NCBI GenBank assembly: GCA_036554645.1
Contig: DATBMW010000092.1
Location: 510-64,509, forward strand
Direction of reading: 5' to 3'
Length of the DNA stretch: 64,000 nt
Origin: Nitrososphaera sp.
Lineage (GTDB): Archaea > Thermoproteota > Nitrososphaeria > Nitrososphaerales > Nitrososphaeraceae
Positions 20,302 to 29,410 of the stretch are shown one piece after another (the stretch's first letter is position 1; the number at the start of each line of letters is the position of its first letter). The translations under genes and the position numbers were made by a program. The notes beneath the pieces were generated by a model. It saw only the letters and a list, made by a program, of their open reading frames with translations, did not search any database and was not told the DNA's origin.

Positions 20302-20428
20302 GCAAAATCTGTGGAATTTTGTTCTCTGCTGTAAGGGCAGGTCAGGCTAGAAAGGATCTTGAAAGGCCATAAAGTTACTCGATTTGAAGTACATTTTTGT
20401 ATCCGTTCGACCAATGGATAGCTGACGC

Positions 20429-20875
20429 TTGCACAATATTTTCGGCAAGAAAGAGATATTGCATTGCGCGGTCTGCGATAAGGAACTGGCCCGACACAAA
20501 TACCGTCCTGCCAAAGAATGGAAAATGGAAGGTGTCCTGTGCGCTGACTGCCACATCGAAAAAACAAAAGAATTCATGCTGCAGCAACAACTGGAGGAGG
20601 CAGCTCCCGAATTGTGCGCTATCTGCCACAAGGAAATAAAACTAGAGGATGACAGGAACAAGCCAAGATGGCAATGGGATATGGAATCGGGCTCACTGGT
20701 CTGCAAAGAATGCTACCAGAAAAAAGACTCTGACCATAGCAAGAAAATGAATTTTTGTTCATTGTGCAATTCAAAGCTAGGGATGTTTTATTATCATCCC
20801 AGGACTACATGGAAAATTGAAGGCAATTTGTGCAGAAAGTGCTGGGACGAACAAAACGCCAGGAGAACGCATTGA
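20429..20875 (+). CDS. Protein with three tandem C4 zinc-finger repeats
   Basis: Three CxxC...P-x3-W-x-[MI]-E...CxxC units. Confidence 0.8.
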   Translation: MHNIFGKKEILHCAVCDKELARHKYRPAKEWKMEGVLCADCHIEKTKEFMLQQQLEEAAPELCAICHKEIKLEDDRNKPRWQWDMESGSLVCKECYQKKDSDHSKKMNFCSLCNSKLGMFYYHPRTTWKIEGNLCRKCWDEQNARRTH

Positions 20876-21077
20876 ATTGTTCAAGAGGCACGAGTGCGAG
20901 ACTTGCGGCAGAAAATTTCGCAAGATAGAAGAACTGATGCAGCATCAGCAGGTCTCCCATGAGCAGAGAATGTACATGTGCAACGAATGCAACGAAGGAT
21001 TCTGGGGGATGGAACAGATGCGCGATCATGCGAAAAAGTTTCACTCGTACAACAAGATGAAAGAAAGGAAAGGCTAG
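20817..21077 (+). CDS. Two-finger C2H2 zinc-finger protein (start may be TTG 20877)
   Basis: CETCGRKFRKIEELMQHQQVSH and CNECNEGFWGMEQMRDHAKKFH. Confidence 0.85.
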   Translation: MKAICAESAGTNKTPGERIELFKRHECETCGRKFRKIEELMQHQQVSHEQRMYMCNECNEGFWGMEQMRDHAKKFHSYNKMKERKG

Positions 21078-21250
21078 ATTGCCTTTAGCTGCTTTACTAT
21101 TGGTGGGCGCGATTTTCGGAACACTCTAAATCCGCAAATGCACTTTATCTCTGGCAACTTTGAAAGTTCTTCGACGGTGACAGGGGTTCCGCAGCGCATG
21201 CATTCGTACGTGACAGCGCCGCCAGCATTCGGGCTTGCCATCAGAACCAT
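21074..21250 (-). CDS. rpoP: RNA polymerase subunit Rpo12 (P)
   Basis: Own translation MVLMASPNAGGAVTYECMRCGTPVTVEELSKLPEIKCICGFRVFRKSRPPIVKQLKAI; alternative start 21241. Confidence 0.92.
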   Translation of the reverse strand: MVLMASPNAGGAVTYECMRCGTPVTVEELSKLPEIKCICGFRVFRKSRPPIVKQLKAI

Positions 21251-21270
21251 CACAAGAGTCTGCCCACATT

Positions 21271-23952
21271 TTAAGCTATAGTGGGGTGCTGCTGCAGTTT
21301 CTTGCTCTGCTTTATCGCGGATTGCGCCGCCGATAGGAAGGCAATCGGTATGCGATGAGACGATGCACTCACATAGTCAAGCCCTATACTGCTGAAAAAT
21401 TCAATAGAGCGCGGATCTCCTCCATGCTCCCCGCAGATCCCTATCTCTATGTCCTTCTTTACGCCCCGCGCCAGACCGATTGCCATCTCCATGAGCCTGC
21501 CAACGCCCTTTGTATCAAGGCTCTGAAACGGATTGACCCTGACTATTCCTTTGTCCATGTAGAACGGAAGAAACTTGCCTTCAGCGTCTTCCCTGCTGAA
21601 GCTAAACGTGCCTTGCGTAAGGTCGTTGGTGCCAAAGCTGATGAAATCTACTAGTTGCGCAATTTCATCTGCCACCAGGCACGCCCGTACTACTTCGATC
21701 ATGCTGCCAAATTTTATCCTAAGCTTCGCCTTGTGCCTGTGCTCCACTTCGCGCTTTATGGACTCAAAAATCTGCCTGACGGATGCCAGCTCCTCGACGA
21801 GGCCAACCTGAGGCACCATTATCTGCGGCTCAACCGCAACTCCTTCCCTTGTCAGCTCTGCAGCGGCCTCGCATATCGCTCTGATCTGCGTTTCATAGAT
21901 CTCTGGGAACGAAATCCCCATTCTCACTCCTCTGTGGCCAAGCATGGGGTTTACTTCTGACAGCTCGTGTACTCGCCGCAGGACTTTCTCAACGTGGGTT
22001 TTTTCAGACTGCTTGGCCCCGGATGATTTCAGCTCGAACAGTTGCTGCATCAGATCCTCTTCGTCTGGAAGAAATTCATGCAAAGGCGGGTCGAGCAGCC
22101 TGATGGTGACGGGGAGGCCCCGCATTTCCTTGAGTATTGCCTTAAAGTCCGATCGCTGAAGTGGCTCCATTTCCGCCAGAGACTTGCGACGTTCAGCTTC
22201 GTTTTCAGCCATTATCATGTTCACAAACTGCATTATCCTGTCATGCTGGTTGAAAATTCTCTCCGTCCTGCAGAGGCCGATTCCTTCAGCGCCGTACCTG
22301 CGGGCAAGCGTCGCGCTTTCCTTCGTGTCGGCGTTGGCTCTTATCTTGATACCCTTCATCTCCGAGGCCCAGTGCAATAATTCCTTAAACTCTGACGAAA
22401 TTTCTGGCTCGACTGTCTGAATTTCCCCTAGGAACACCCTTCCCGTCGAGCCGTCAATCGTAATCTTTTGGCCCTCGCTTACAGTCGTGCCGCCCACTGC
22501 AAAGCTCTTGTTTTCGGGATCAATCTCTATCTGGGCGCAGCCGACTACGCAGGGCTTGCCCATGCCCCTGGCAACTACTGCTGCGTGCGACGTTTTTCCT
22601 CCCCTGCTCGTCAGAATGCCGGCCGCCTGGAAGAATGCCGGGACATCGTCGGGCTTGGTGTCTTCACGCACCAAGATCACCTTTTCGCCTTTCTTGCCCA
22701 GCGCCTCGGCCTGCGCGACGTCAAATATCGCTGCGCCACTTGCGGCCCCCGGCGATGCGCCGACCCCGGTCGCTAAAGCCTTCTGCTTGGCGTGAGGGTC
22801 AATCCTCCTGTAAAGCACCTGCTCTAGACCTTCAGGATCAATTCGCTCAAGAGCCGCCGTCTTGCCTATTAGCCCTTCATGGAAGAGGTCCACAGACGTC
22901 TTGACTTCGGCGACCGCGTTCATTTTTGCGGCCCTGGTTTGCAGGATATACAGCTTGCTCTTTTCTACGGTGAACTCGACCTCCTGAGGCTCCTTGAAAT
23001 AGCTCTCTAGTTTCTCACAAACCTGCTGCAGCTCCCTGTAGACCTGCGGCATCTCGCTGATTAACGAATCAATATGGTCCGGAGTCGACTTGCCGGAAAC
23101 AACATCTTCTCCCTGAGCATTCGTCAGGTAGTCGCCATACAGCCTCTTTTCTCCCGTGTCGGGATCCCTGGTAAAGACCACCCCGGTGCAGCTGTCGTGG
23201 CCCATGTTGCCAAACACCATTGCGACAACGGTCACCGCCGTTCCATTTGCTCTATCGGGAGTGATGTTGTATTGCTTCCGATATTCCACTGCGCGCTTGC
23301 CCATCCACGATCTAAATACCGCATCTATCGCCAGCTCTAGCTGCTTATAGGGATCGGTCGGAAACTTTCTGCCTGAAGATTCGCAGAGCTGCTCGAATAA
23401 ATCCACGATCTCTTGTAGAACCTTGGCGCTGGAAGGGTCTCTTCCTGCCATAATCGAGTCAAATTTCCTGTCATCGACTCCGAAAACGATCTTGCCAAAC
23501 ATCTGTAAGAACCGCCGGTATGCATCCCAGGCAAAGGTCCTGTCATTGCTCTTTCTGGCAAGCCCCTCCGCGGTCTCTTTGTTTAGACCAAGGTTCAGAA
23601 TGGTATCGAGCATTCCAGGCATGGACACTGCCGAGCCCGACCTCACGGAAACCAGCAGGGGGTTGGCAGGATCGCCAAACTTTTTGCCTGTCAAGTTCTC
23701 CAATTTGCGTATCGAGCTGCGGACCTCGTCCATGAGTCCGTCGGGCAGACGCTTTCCCGCTTCGTAGAACTTTTCACAGATTTCAGTTGTGATCGTAAAA
23801 CCCGGTGGAATGGGAAGCCCGAGCTTTGTCATCTCTGAAAGACCGGCACCCTTTCCTCCAAGAAGAGCTCTGTTCCTGCCGTCGGCCTCATCAAAAAAGT
23901 ATATCGGTCTCGGCGACGGCGCGGCTTTACCAAAGCTGCCCTCTTCAGACAT
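21271..23952 (-). CDS. ppdK: Pyruvate, phosphate dikinase
   Basis: LGGKGA, PLLVSVRSG, NAQGEDVV, GGKTSHAAVVAR, SFGTNDL, GICGEHGG; ATG 23952 preferred. Confidence 0.96.
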   Translation of the reverse strand: MSEEGSFGKAAPSPRPIYFFDEADGRNRALLGGKGAGLSEMTKLGLPIPPGFTITTEICEKFYEAGKRLPDGLMDEVRSSIRKLENLTGKKFGDPANPLLVSVRSGSAVSMPGMLDTILNLGLNKETAEGLARKSNDRTFAWDAYRRFLQMFGKIVFGVDDRKFDSIMAGRDPSSAKVLQEIVDLFEQLCESSGRKFPTDPYKQLELAIDAVFRSWMGKRAVEYRKQYNITPDRANGTAVTVVAMVFGNMGHDSCTGVVFTRDPDTGEKRLYGDYLTNAQGEDVVSGKSTPDHIDSLISEMPQVYRELQQVCEKLESYFKEPQEVEFTVEKSKLYILQTRAAKMNAVAEVKTSVDLFHEGLIGKTAALERIDPEGLEQVLYRRIDPHAKQKALATGVGASPGAASGAAIFDVAQAEALGKKGEKVILVREDTKPDDVPAFFQAAGILTSRGGKTSHAAVVARGMGKPCVVGCAQIEIDPENKSFAVGGTTVSEGQKITIDGSTGRVFLGEIQTVEPEISSEFKELLHWASEMKGIKIRANADTKESATLARRYGAEGIGLCRTERIFNQHDRIMQFVNMIMAENEAERRKSLAEMEPLQRSDFKAILKEMRGLPVTIRLLDPPLHEFLPDEEDLMQQLFELKSSGAKQSEKTHVEKVLRRVHELSEVNPMLGHRGVRMGISFPEIYETQIRAICEAAAELTREGVAVEPQIMVPQVGLVEELASVRQIFESIKREVEHRHKAKLRIKFGSMIEVVRACLVADEIAQLVDFISFGTNDLTQGTFSFSREDAEGKFLPFYMDKGIVRVNPFQSLDTKGVGRLMEMAIGLARGVKKDIEIGICGEHGGDPRSIEFFSSIGLDYVSASSHRIPIAFLSAAQSAIKQSKKLQQHPTIA

Positions 23953-24066
23953 GGCTAGATGGAGATCAATTCCCGGCAAGGCTTAAAATGTTGTGCGTGT
24001 CCCACCGATAATTTCAAATCATTGCGCTCGTTGCTAGATCGGGGCGTGGTCAGCTGAGGCAATTAG

Positions 24067-24702
24067 GTGTTGATAATGTCGGCTGATGTAGGTTCGCTCC
24101 TTATCCAGGCACTCGACCTCTTTGGCACAATGGCATTTGCAGTCACAGGCGCGTTCAAGGCGATAGAACACAAGTCAGATATTGTCGGAATAATCATTCT
24201 TGCAACCATAACCGGAGTCGCCGGAGGAGTCCTGCGAGATCTTGTCTTTGGCCAAATTCCGCCGCTTTCTGTCATGAACCCTCTCTACCTCGTGATAACC
24301 ACTGCAACAGGAATTGCGATGTTCTTTCTGCACCGTTCGCTGCGAAGGCACTGGAATCTGCTCCTAAAGTTTGATGCCATAGGCCTTGGAGTCTTTACGA
24401 TAATCGGGGCTACAATCGCGTACAACCTTCTCGGCTTGAACTTTCTCGCTATGGCGTTTGCGGGCTTACTGACAGCGGTGGGCGGCGGCATCTTACGGGA
24501 CGTGTTTGTTAACGAAGTTCCGATCGTATTTGTGAAAGAGCTCTACGCGTCAGCGAGCTTTGTAGGAGTCGTGATATTCTTTGCGCTGCTTGCAGCCGGG
24601 GTCGAACTAAATATCGCCGCGATTCCAAGCATCGTGGCCGTGACGGCCATGAGGATGCTGGCAATGAAATACAACTGGAACCTGCCCAGGCCCAGGAGCT
24701 GA
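24067..24702 (+). CDS. Trimeric intracellular cation channel family (UPF0126/YadS) membrane protein
   Basis: FAVTGA, GGVLRD and GGGILRD duplicated halves, DAIGLG, ELYA. Confidence 0.9.
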   Translation: MLIMSADVGSLLIQALDLFGTMAFAVTGAFKAIEHKSDIVGIIILATITGVAGGVLRDLVFGQIPPLSVMNPLYLVITTATGIAMFFLHRSLRRHWNLLLKFDAIGLGVFTIIGATIAYNLLGLNFLAMAFAGLLTAVGGGILRDVFVNEVPIVFVKELYASASFVGVVIFFALLAAGVELNIAAIPSIVAVTAMRMLAMKYNWNLPRPRS

Positions 24703-24712
24703 TTTAAGCCAC

Positions 24713-25372
24713 CTACTTTATGCCCGAGGCGAGTTCAGCTATCTTGTCCTGCCAAGAGTCCGCCTTGACGATGCTGCTCGCGACGAGGATTCCGCGGGAC
24801 CCGAGCTTCATAGCCGCTTTCACGTCGCCCTTGTCAGTTATGCCCGCCCCGCAAATAACTTTGGAACGCGGACCTGCAGCATCTATTGACCTCGTTACTA
24901 TGGCAGGGTTTTCTTTTGAAACTGCCCTACCGCTGCCTATAAGTTCCGGAGGTTCGATCGCGATAAAGTCAGGCTGAAAAACCGAGATCTCCATTACTTC
25001 GTGTGGCGCGCGGGCGCAGACTATGGAAGTCATTCTCAGTTTTTTCATCCGCTCCACGATAGCCGCGATGGTCTTCATCTCGATCCTGTGCTCGCTATGG
25101 TTGATAAGCGATCCGACAGCGCCATAGGACTTTGCAACCTCGGGGAGAAAAAAGCCGGTCGTCGAGCCTTGTTTTTCAGAGTCGACATGCTGGCATATGA
25201 CGGGGATCTTGACGCTTTTGGCGACAAGGGCCAGCGCCGGCTGTGGCGGCGCGACCACGATTTCAACCTTTAATTTTTCAGCGACTTTCTGGGCGGCTCT
25301 GGCTAGCTTTACAGTGCCCGCTGCAGAAACTTCCTCGTAATTCTTGAAATTAATGATCAGCGGCCGCTTCAA
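24713..25372 (-). CDS. tpiA: Triosephosphate isomerase (archaeal type)
   Basis: INFKNY, LINHSEHR, IEPPELIG, CGAGI; TTG start overlaps the fbp stop. Confidence 0.96.
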   Translation of the reverse strand: MKRPLIINFKNYEEVSAAGTVKLARAAQKVAEKLKVEIVVAPPQPALALVAKSVKIPVICQHVDSEKQGSTTGFFLPEVAKSYGAVGSLINHSEHRIEMKTIAAIVERMKKLRMTSIVCARAPHEVMEISVFQPDFIAIEPPELIGSGRAVSKENPAIVTRSIDAAGPRSKVICGAGITDKGDVKAAMKLGSRGILVASSIVKADSWQDKIAELASGIK

Positions 25373-26529
25373 CGCTTGCCGCCGGCTCTGGATTTTGCTG
25401 CGGTCGCGGATTTCTTGGCCTTGCTCTTGACGATCTCGTCAATGTCCTTGAATTTGGTTCGCAGCTTTGCCATGCGGGCCTCATATCCCTTGTTGTACTC
25501 CAGTTCGTCCGGAACCAGCGTGGCTGGGTGTATGAATCCCTGGTTGCGCATTACCATGGCCCGCTCGGAAGCCCGCATCCGCTGCAGCTCCCAGTCTGCA
25601 GTTCCGAATCCATCATGCGGGCCTGTGAGCTTGCCGTTGTGCATGCTGAAGAGGAGGCATGAAACGATCGGGATTGAATAGTTCAGTGACGCGGCAGAAT
25701 TGAGCTTTACCGGCATCAGGGGCATGTGATGACTGCCCCTGGTATTGCCTGCGACGAAATGAGGGTCATTAAACGCGCTTCCAGCTTCCTCCGTCGCGGG
25801 AAAGTTCTTTTGGGTTCTGACAATCGCGATCGGGTCGTCCTTGCCAACGTAGGTCCCGGCAATGTTGTGTAGCCTGTCTGTTGAGGCGGAAACTATTTGA
25901 TCGGACCTATCTGCAGTGATCACCGAGTGGACTACATACCTTCCCGGGTACATCAGCGCCGCCTCGAGCTCTGCTTTGTCTTCCCACATCTTTAGCTCCG
26001 CAATCTTGCCTTCCATCACATCCATTATCCGAAATATCACACCTTCAGCCAGATTCTCATTGATTAGGAGGCCCGTGTTGCTCCTGGCGTCGACGAACAT
26101 TCGCCATAAAGGAAAGTTGAATGCACCGGGTTCAGTCTTGTCAGCGGCAAAGATGCAGTATACCTCGCTTGGGCGTTCCTCCATTTCAATTTCCGCAACT
26201 CCCGGCCCCATGCCCTTCACGTTGCCAGAGAAGGAATCCTTCAGAAGGTCCTGACCTGCACCATAAAGTCCCTGTTCCTTTGCAACTCGCGTGCCTTCAG
26301 TAAACGCATCCCATGCTAGCTTGTGTATTTTTTCATTGTCTACTCCGTGAGTGTGCGTCATTATGATGTGTATGTCGTCGCCTGTGTAGCCCACATAGTA
26401 GTCAACCAGCAGCCCCTTTGCGTTTCTGGAAACAAAATTTCGAACAGTATCGACGAGCTCGTCGCTTGGCCTCGTATGTCCGCCAATCCCTCCAATGTCC
26501 GCCTTGATGGCACTTAGCGTAATTCGCAT
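25369..26529 (-). CDS. fbp: Fructose-1,6-bisphosphate aldolase/phosphatase (class V)
   Basis: IKADIG, GDDI, GLYGAGQDLL, DKTEPGAFN, YVGKDDP, RGSH. Confidence 0.96.
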   Translation of the reverse strand: MRITLSAIKADIGGIGGHTRPSDELVDTVRNFVSRNAKGLLVDYYVGYTGDDIHIIMTHTHGVDNEKIHKLAWDAFTEGTRVAKEQGLYGAGQDLLKDSFSGNVKGMGPGVAEIEMEERPSEVYCIFAADKTEPGAFNFPLWRMFVDARSNTGLLINENLAEGVIFRIMDVMEGKIAELKMWEDKAELEAALMYPGRYVVHSVITADRSDQIVSASTDRLHNIAGTYVGKDDPIAIVRTQKNFPATEEAGSAFNDPHFVAGNTRGSHHMPLMPVKLNSAASLNYSIPIVSCLLFSMHNGKLTGPHDGFGTADWELQRMRASERAMVMRNQGFIHPATLVPDELEYNKGYEARMAKLRTKFKDIDEIVKSKAKKSATAAKSRAGGKR

Positions 26530-26704
26530 GATTGAAGCTCATGATTTTTCGGTTTAAAACTTTTCCGATGTCTTCACATTCAAGGCCTGATGCGCGACTC
26601 GATTGCGCTTGAACTGAGGCAATGTAAAACCGATCCTGACAATAACGGATTTTGCAACAAACATGGGCGAAATACAAATAAAGCCCATGAAGTGTTGTTG
26701 CTGT

Positions 26705-28018
26705 ATGAGCGCTAGCAAGAAGCCACACATGAACTTGGTGGTTGTCGGTCATGTCGATAATGGCAAATCAACTACCGTAGGTCATTTTCTGGTTGATCTC
26801 GGTGCCATCGACCAGAGAACCATTGACGCATATGCAAAGGAATCGGAAGCAACCGGAAAGGGCGACACTTTCAAGTATGCATGGGTGCTGGACAGCATCA
26901 AGGATGAACGCGAAAGAGGTATCACTATCGATCTCGCTTTTCAAAAGTTTGAAACGCCAAAGTATTTCTATACTCTGATCGATGCTCCAGGTCACAGGGA
27001 CTTCATCAAAAACATGATCACTGGCGCGTCAGAGGCTGACGCCGCAATACTCGTGATCTCTGTAAAGCCCGGTGAGATGGAAGCAGCGATCGAGCCCGGA
27101 GGACAGGGCAGAGAGCATGCTTTCCTTGCAAGGACTCTGGGTGTAGGCCAGATAGTCGTGGCGCTGAACAAGATGGACGACGCCAATTATCAGGAGGGAC
27201 GCTACAAGGAAGCAAAGGAAGCGGTTGACAAGATGTTAAAGCTGGTAGGATACAATACTGCCAAGATCCAATTTATTCCGATATCGGGATGGAAGGGCGA
27301 CAACCTGATCAAAAAGTCAGAGAACATGGCATGGTACAAGGGGCCAACCCTAGCAGAGGCACTCGACATGTTCGATCCGCCAGAGAAGCCGACAGGCAAG
27401 CCTCTCCGTATTCCCGTGCAGGATGTCTACTCTATCACCGGCGTCGGCACCGTGCCAGTAGGGAGAGTCGAAACAGGCAAGATGAGGCCAAACGACAAGG
27501 TAATCGTCATGCCATCAGGTGCAGTTGGCGACATCAAGTCGATAGAGACTCATCATACCCAGATGGAGTCAGCAGAAGCTGGTGACAACGTTGGCTTTAA
27601 CCTCAGAGGAGTAGACAAGAAGCAGATAAAGCGCGGCGACATGATAGGCTCCGCAAGCGACCCACCAATGGTCGCAAAAGAGTTCGAGGCGCGCCTAATC
27701 GTAATCCACCATCCGACCGCAATTGCCCCCGGCTACACTCCAGTGCTGCACGCACACACTGCGCAGGTCGCGGCGACCATATCGGCCTTTGTTTCAAAGA
27801 TTGACGCAAGGACTGGTGCAACTACAGAGCAGAATCCAAAGTTCCTAAAGACCGGCGACGCCGCAATCGTAAGGATCAAGCCAGTAAGGCCACTGCCGAT
27901 TGAAACCTTCAAGGACTTTCCCGAGATCGGACGGTTCGCTCTGCGTGACATGGGCACAACCATCGGCGCAGGAGTCGTGCTGAGCATCACCGAAAAGTAC
28001 GACCCGAACAAAAAGTAA
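26705..28018 (+). CDS. tuf: Translation elongation factor EF-1 alpha
   Basis: GHVDNGKST, ERERGITI, DAPGHRDF, NKMD, GRFALRDMG; start ATG 26705. Confidence 0.98.
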   Translation: MSASKKPHMNLVVVGHVDNGKSTTVGHFLVDLGAIDQRTIDAYAKESEATGKGDTFKYAWVLDSIKDERERGITIDLAFQKFETPKYFYTLIDAPGHRDFIKNMITGASEADAAILVISVKPGEMEAAIEPGGQGREHAFLARTLGVGQIVVALNKMDDANYQEGRYKEAKEAVDKMLKLVGYNTAKIQFIPISGWKGDNLIKKSENMAWYKGPTLAEALDMFDPPEKPTGKPLRIPVQDVYSITGVGTVPVGRVETGKMRPNDKVIVMPSGAVGDIKSIETHHTQMESAEAGDNVGFNLRGVDKKQIKRGDMIGSASDPPMVAKEFEARLIVIHHPTAIAPGYTPVLHAHTAQVAATISAFVSKIDARTGATTEQNPKFLKTGDAAIVRIKPVRPLPIETFKDFPEIGRFALRDMGTTIGAGVVLSITEKYDPNKK

Positions 28019-28029
28019 GTGAATAGTGG

Positions 28030-28341
28030 ATGCCGCAGGCAGCAAGAATAAAGCTCACCAGCACAAACCTTTCAACACTGGAAGGCGTCTGCAGCGAGAT
28101 AAAGGGGATCGGAGAAAAATCAGGCATAAAGCTCAAGGGCCCCCATCCGCTTCCGACCAAGAAACTCAAGGTAGTCACCAGAAAGTCCCCCTGCGGCCAG
28201 GGGACAAATACCTATGACAAGTACGAGATGCGCATCCACAGAAGAGTTATTGATGTAGGGGCGGACGACAGGGCCATTAGGCAGCTGATGCGCCTGAAAA
28301 TACCGGACGATGTTTACATCGAAGTCTCGCTAACGCAATAA
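28030..28341 (+). CDS. rpsJ: 30S ribosomal protein S10 (uS10)
   Basis: GPHPLPTKKL, TRKSPCG, EMRIHRRVID; follows tuf. Confidence 0.97.
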   Translation: MPQAARIKLTSTNLSTLEGVCSEIKGIGEKSGIKLKGPHPLPTKKLKVVTRKSPCGQGTNTYDKYEMRIHRRVIDVGADDRAIRQLMRLKIPDDVYIEVSLTQ

Positions 28342-29259
28342 CCTTCTATATGATCCTTTTGGGACCCTGATTCGCCGCGAGGCACCGGGGTGCAGAATTT
28401 TCGCCATTATTTCAAGCCCTGTTATAGTTCTCGGACCGGGCTTGCTGAAATATGATCCCGCGTCAACAGCATAGACGTTCCGATTCCTTACTGCTCGCAG
28501 CGACTTCCATTTTTCATTCGTGGCCAGCGCAGGCAACTCTTTTCTGGTTCTTTCAATGTCAAATCCGCACGGCATCAGGACGATGATGTCCGGATCCAGC
28601 CTGACTGCTTCTTCGATATCCATTCTGCGTGATGCCTCGCCTGCAACGCTCACGCCGTTAATTCCGCCAGCATATTGCACCATCTGGGGAACCCAGTGGC
28701 CCGCTGTAAACAGGGGATCAAGCCACTCGAGGCAAAGGACCTTTTGCCTGGACTCTGCACGCAGTCGCCTTACCACATCGATTCGCTTTTGAAGGAAGGC
28801 GACAAGCCTTCTCCCTTCTGCGACTTTGCCGATTTTTTCAGCCACATCCATGATGCTGACAAGTATGTCATCCAGATCGTGTGGGTCAAGAACTAGAACT
28901 TCTGGCTTGCCGCCTAGGATATCGACTGCCCTGGTTATCTCTTTTGTGTACGGCGAACATACCTCGCACAATCCCTGGGCAACGATAAGATCGGGATTGG
29001 CCCTTCTCAGCGCCTTGTCGTCTACAATGTATATGTCGCTACCCGATCGCAACAGCTCGACTACCACCGTATCAATTTCCCTTCCTGTCATCTTCTCGGG
29101 ATTAAAAGCTGGCCTGATTACCCGAGTCTTTTTCTTGGCCTGCGGGGGATAGTTGCATTCATGAGTCACGCCCACAACCTTGCTGCCGGCACCAAGCTCG
29201 TACAGGGTTTCGGTTGCGCTTGGAAGGAAAGACACAATGCGCACAAGCTTTGTCTGCAT
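28330..29259 (-). CDS. BtuF-like cobalamin/metal-complex binding protein (helical-backbone fold)
   Basis: RIVSFLPSATE, GVTHEC, PDLIV, EWLDP, GHWVP, KPGPR; start ATG 29259 or GTG 29244. Confidence 0.85.
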   Translation of the reverse strand: MQTKLVRIVSFLPSATETLYELGAGSKVVGVTHECNYPPQAKKKTRVIRPAFNPEKMTGREIDTVVVELLRSGSDIYIVDDKALRRANPDLIVAQGLCEVCSPYTKEITRAVDILGGKPEVLVLDPHDLDDILVSIMDVAEKIGKVAEGRRLVAFLQKRIDVVRRLRAESRQKVLCLEWLDPLFTAGHWVPQMVQYAGGINGVSVAGEASRRMDIEEAVRLDPDIIVLMPCGFDIERTRKELPALATNEKWKSLRAVRNRNVYAVDAGSYFSKPGPRTITGLEIMAKILHPGASRRIRVPKGSYRRLLR

Positions 29260-29410
29260 GCGCAATGCATAAAAACTTAGGGGATTGTCGCGTTGTTCCA
29301 CATGTAGCCATCTAGTTGCAATTCCCTTTGACTCAACCATGCAAGATTGTTCTGACATAATGGCAGGCCAAAAACAAGCTTTTTATGCCTTGAAATATCG
29401 TTCCTAGCCA

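Noticed and set aside
26663-26704. CCCC-containing N-terminal extension of EF-1 alpha
   Set aside because: Promoter sequence read in frame; the real start is ATG 26705
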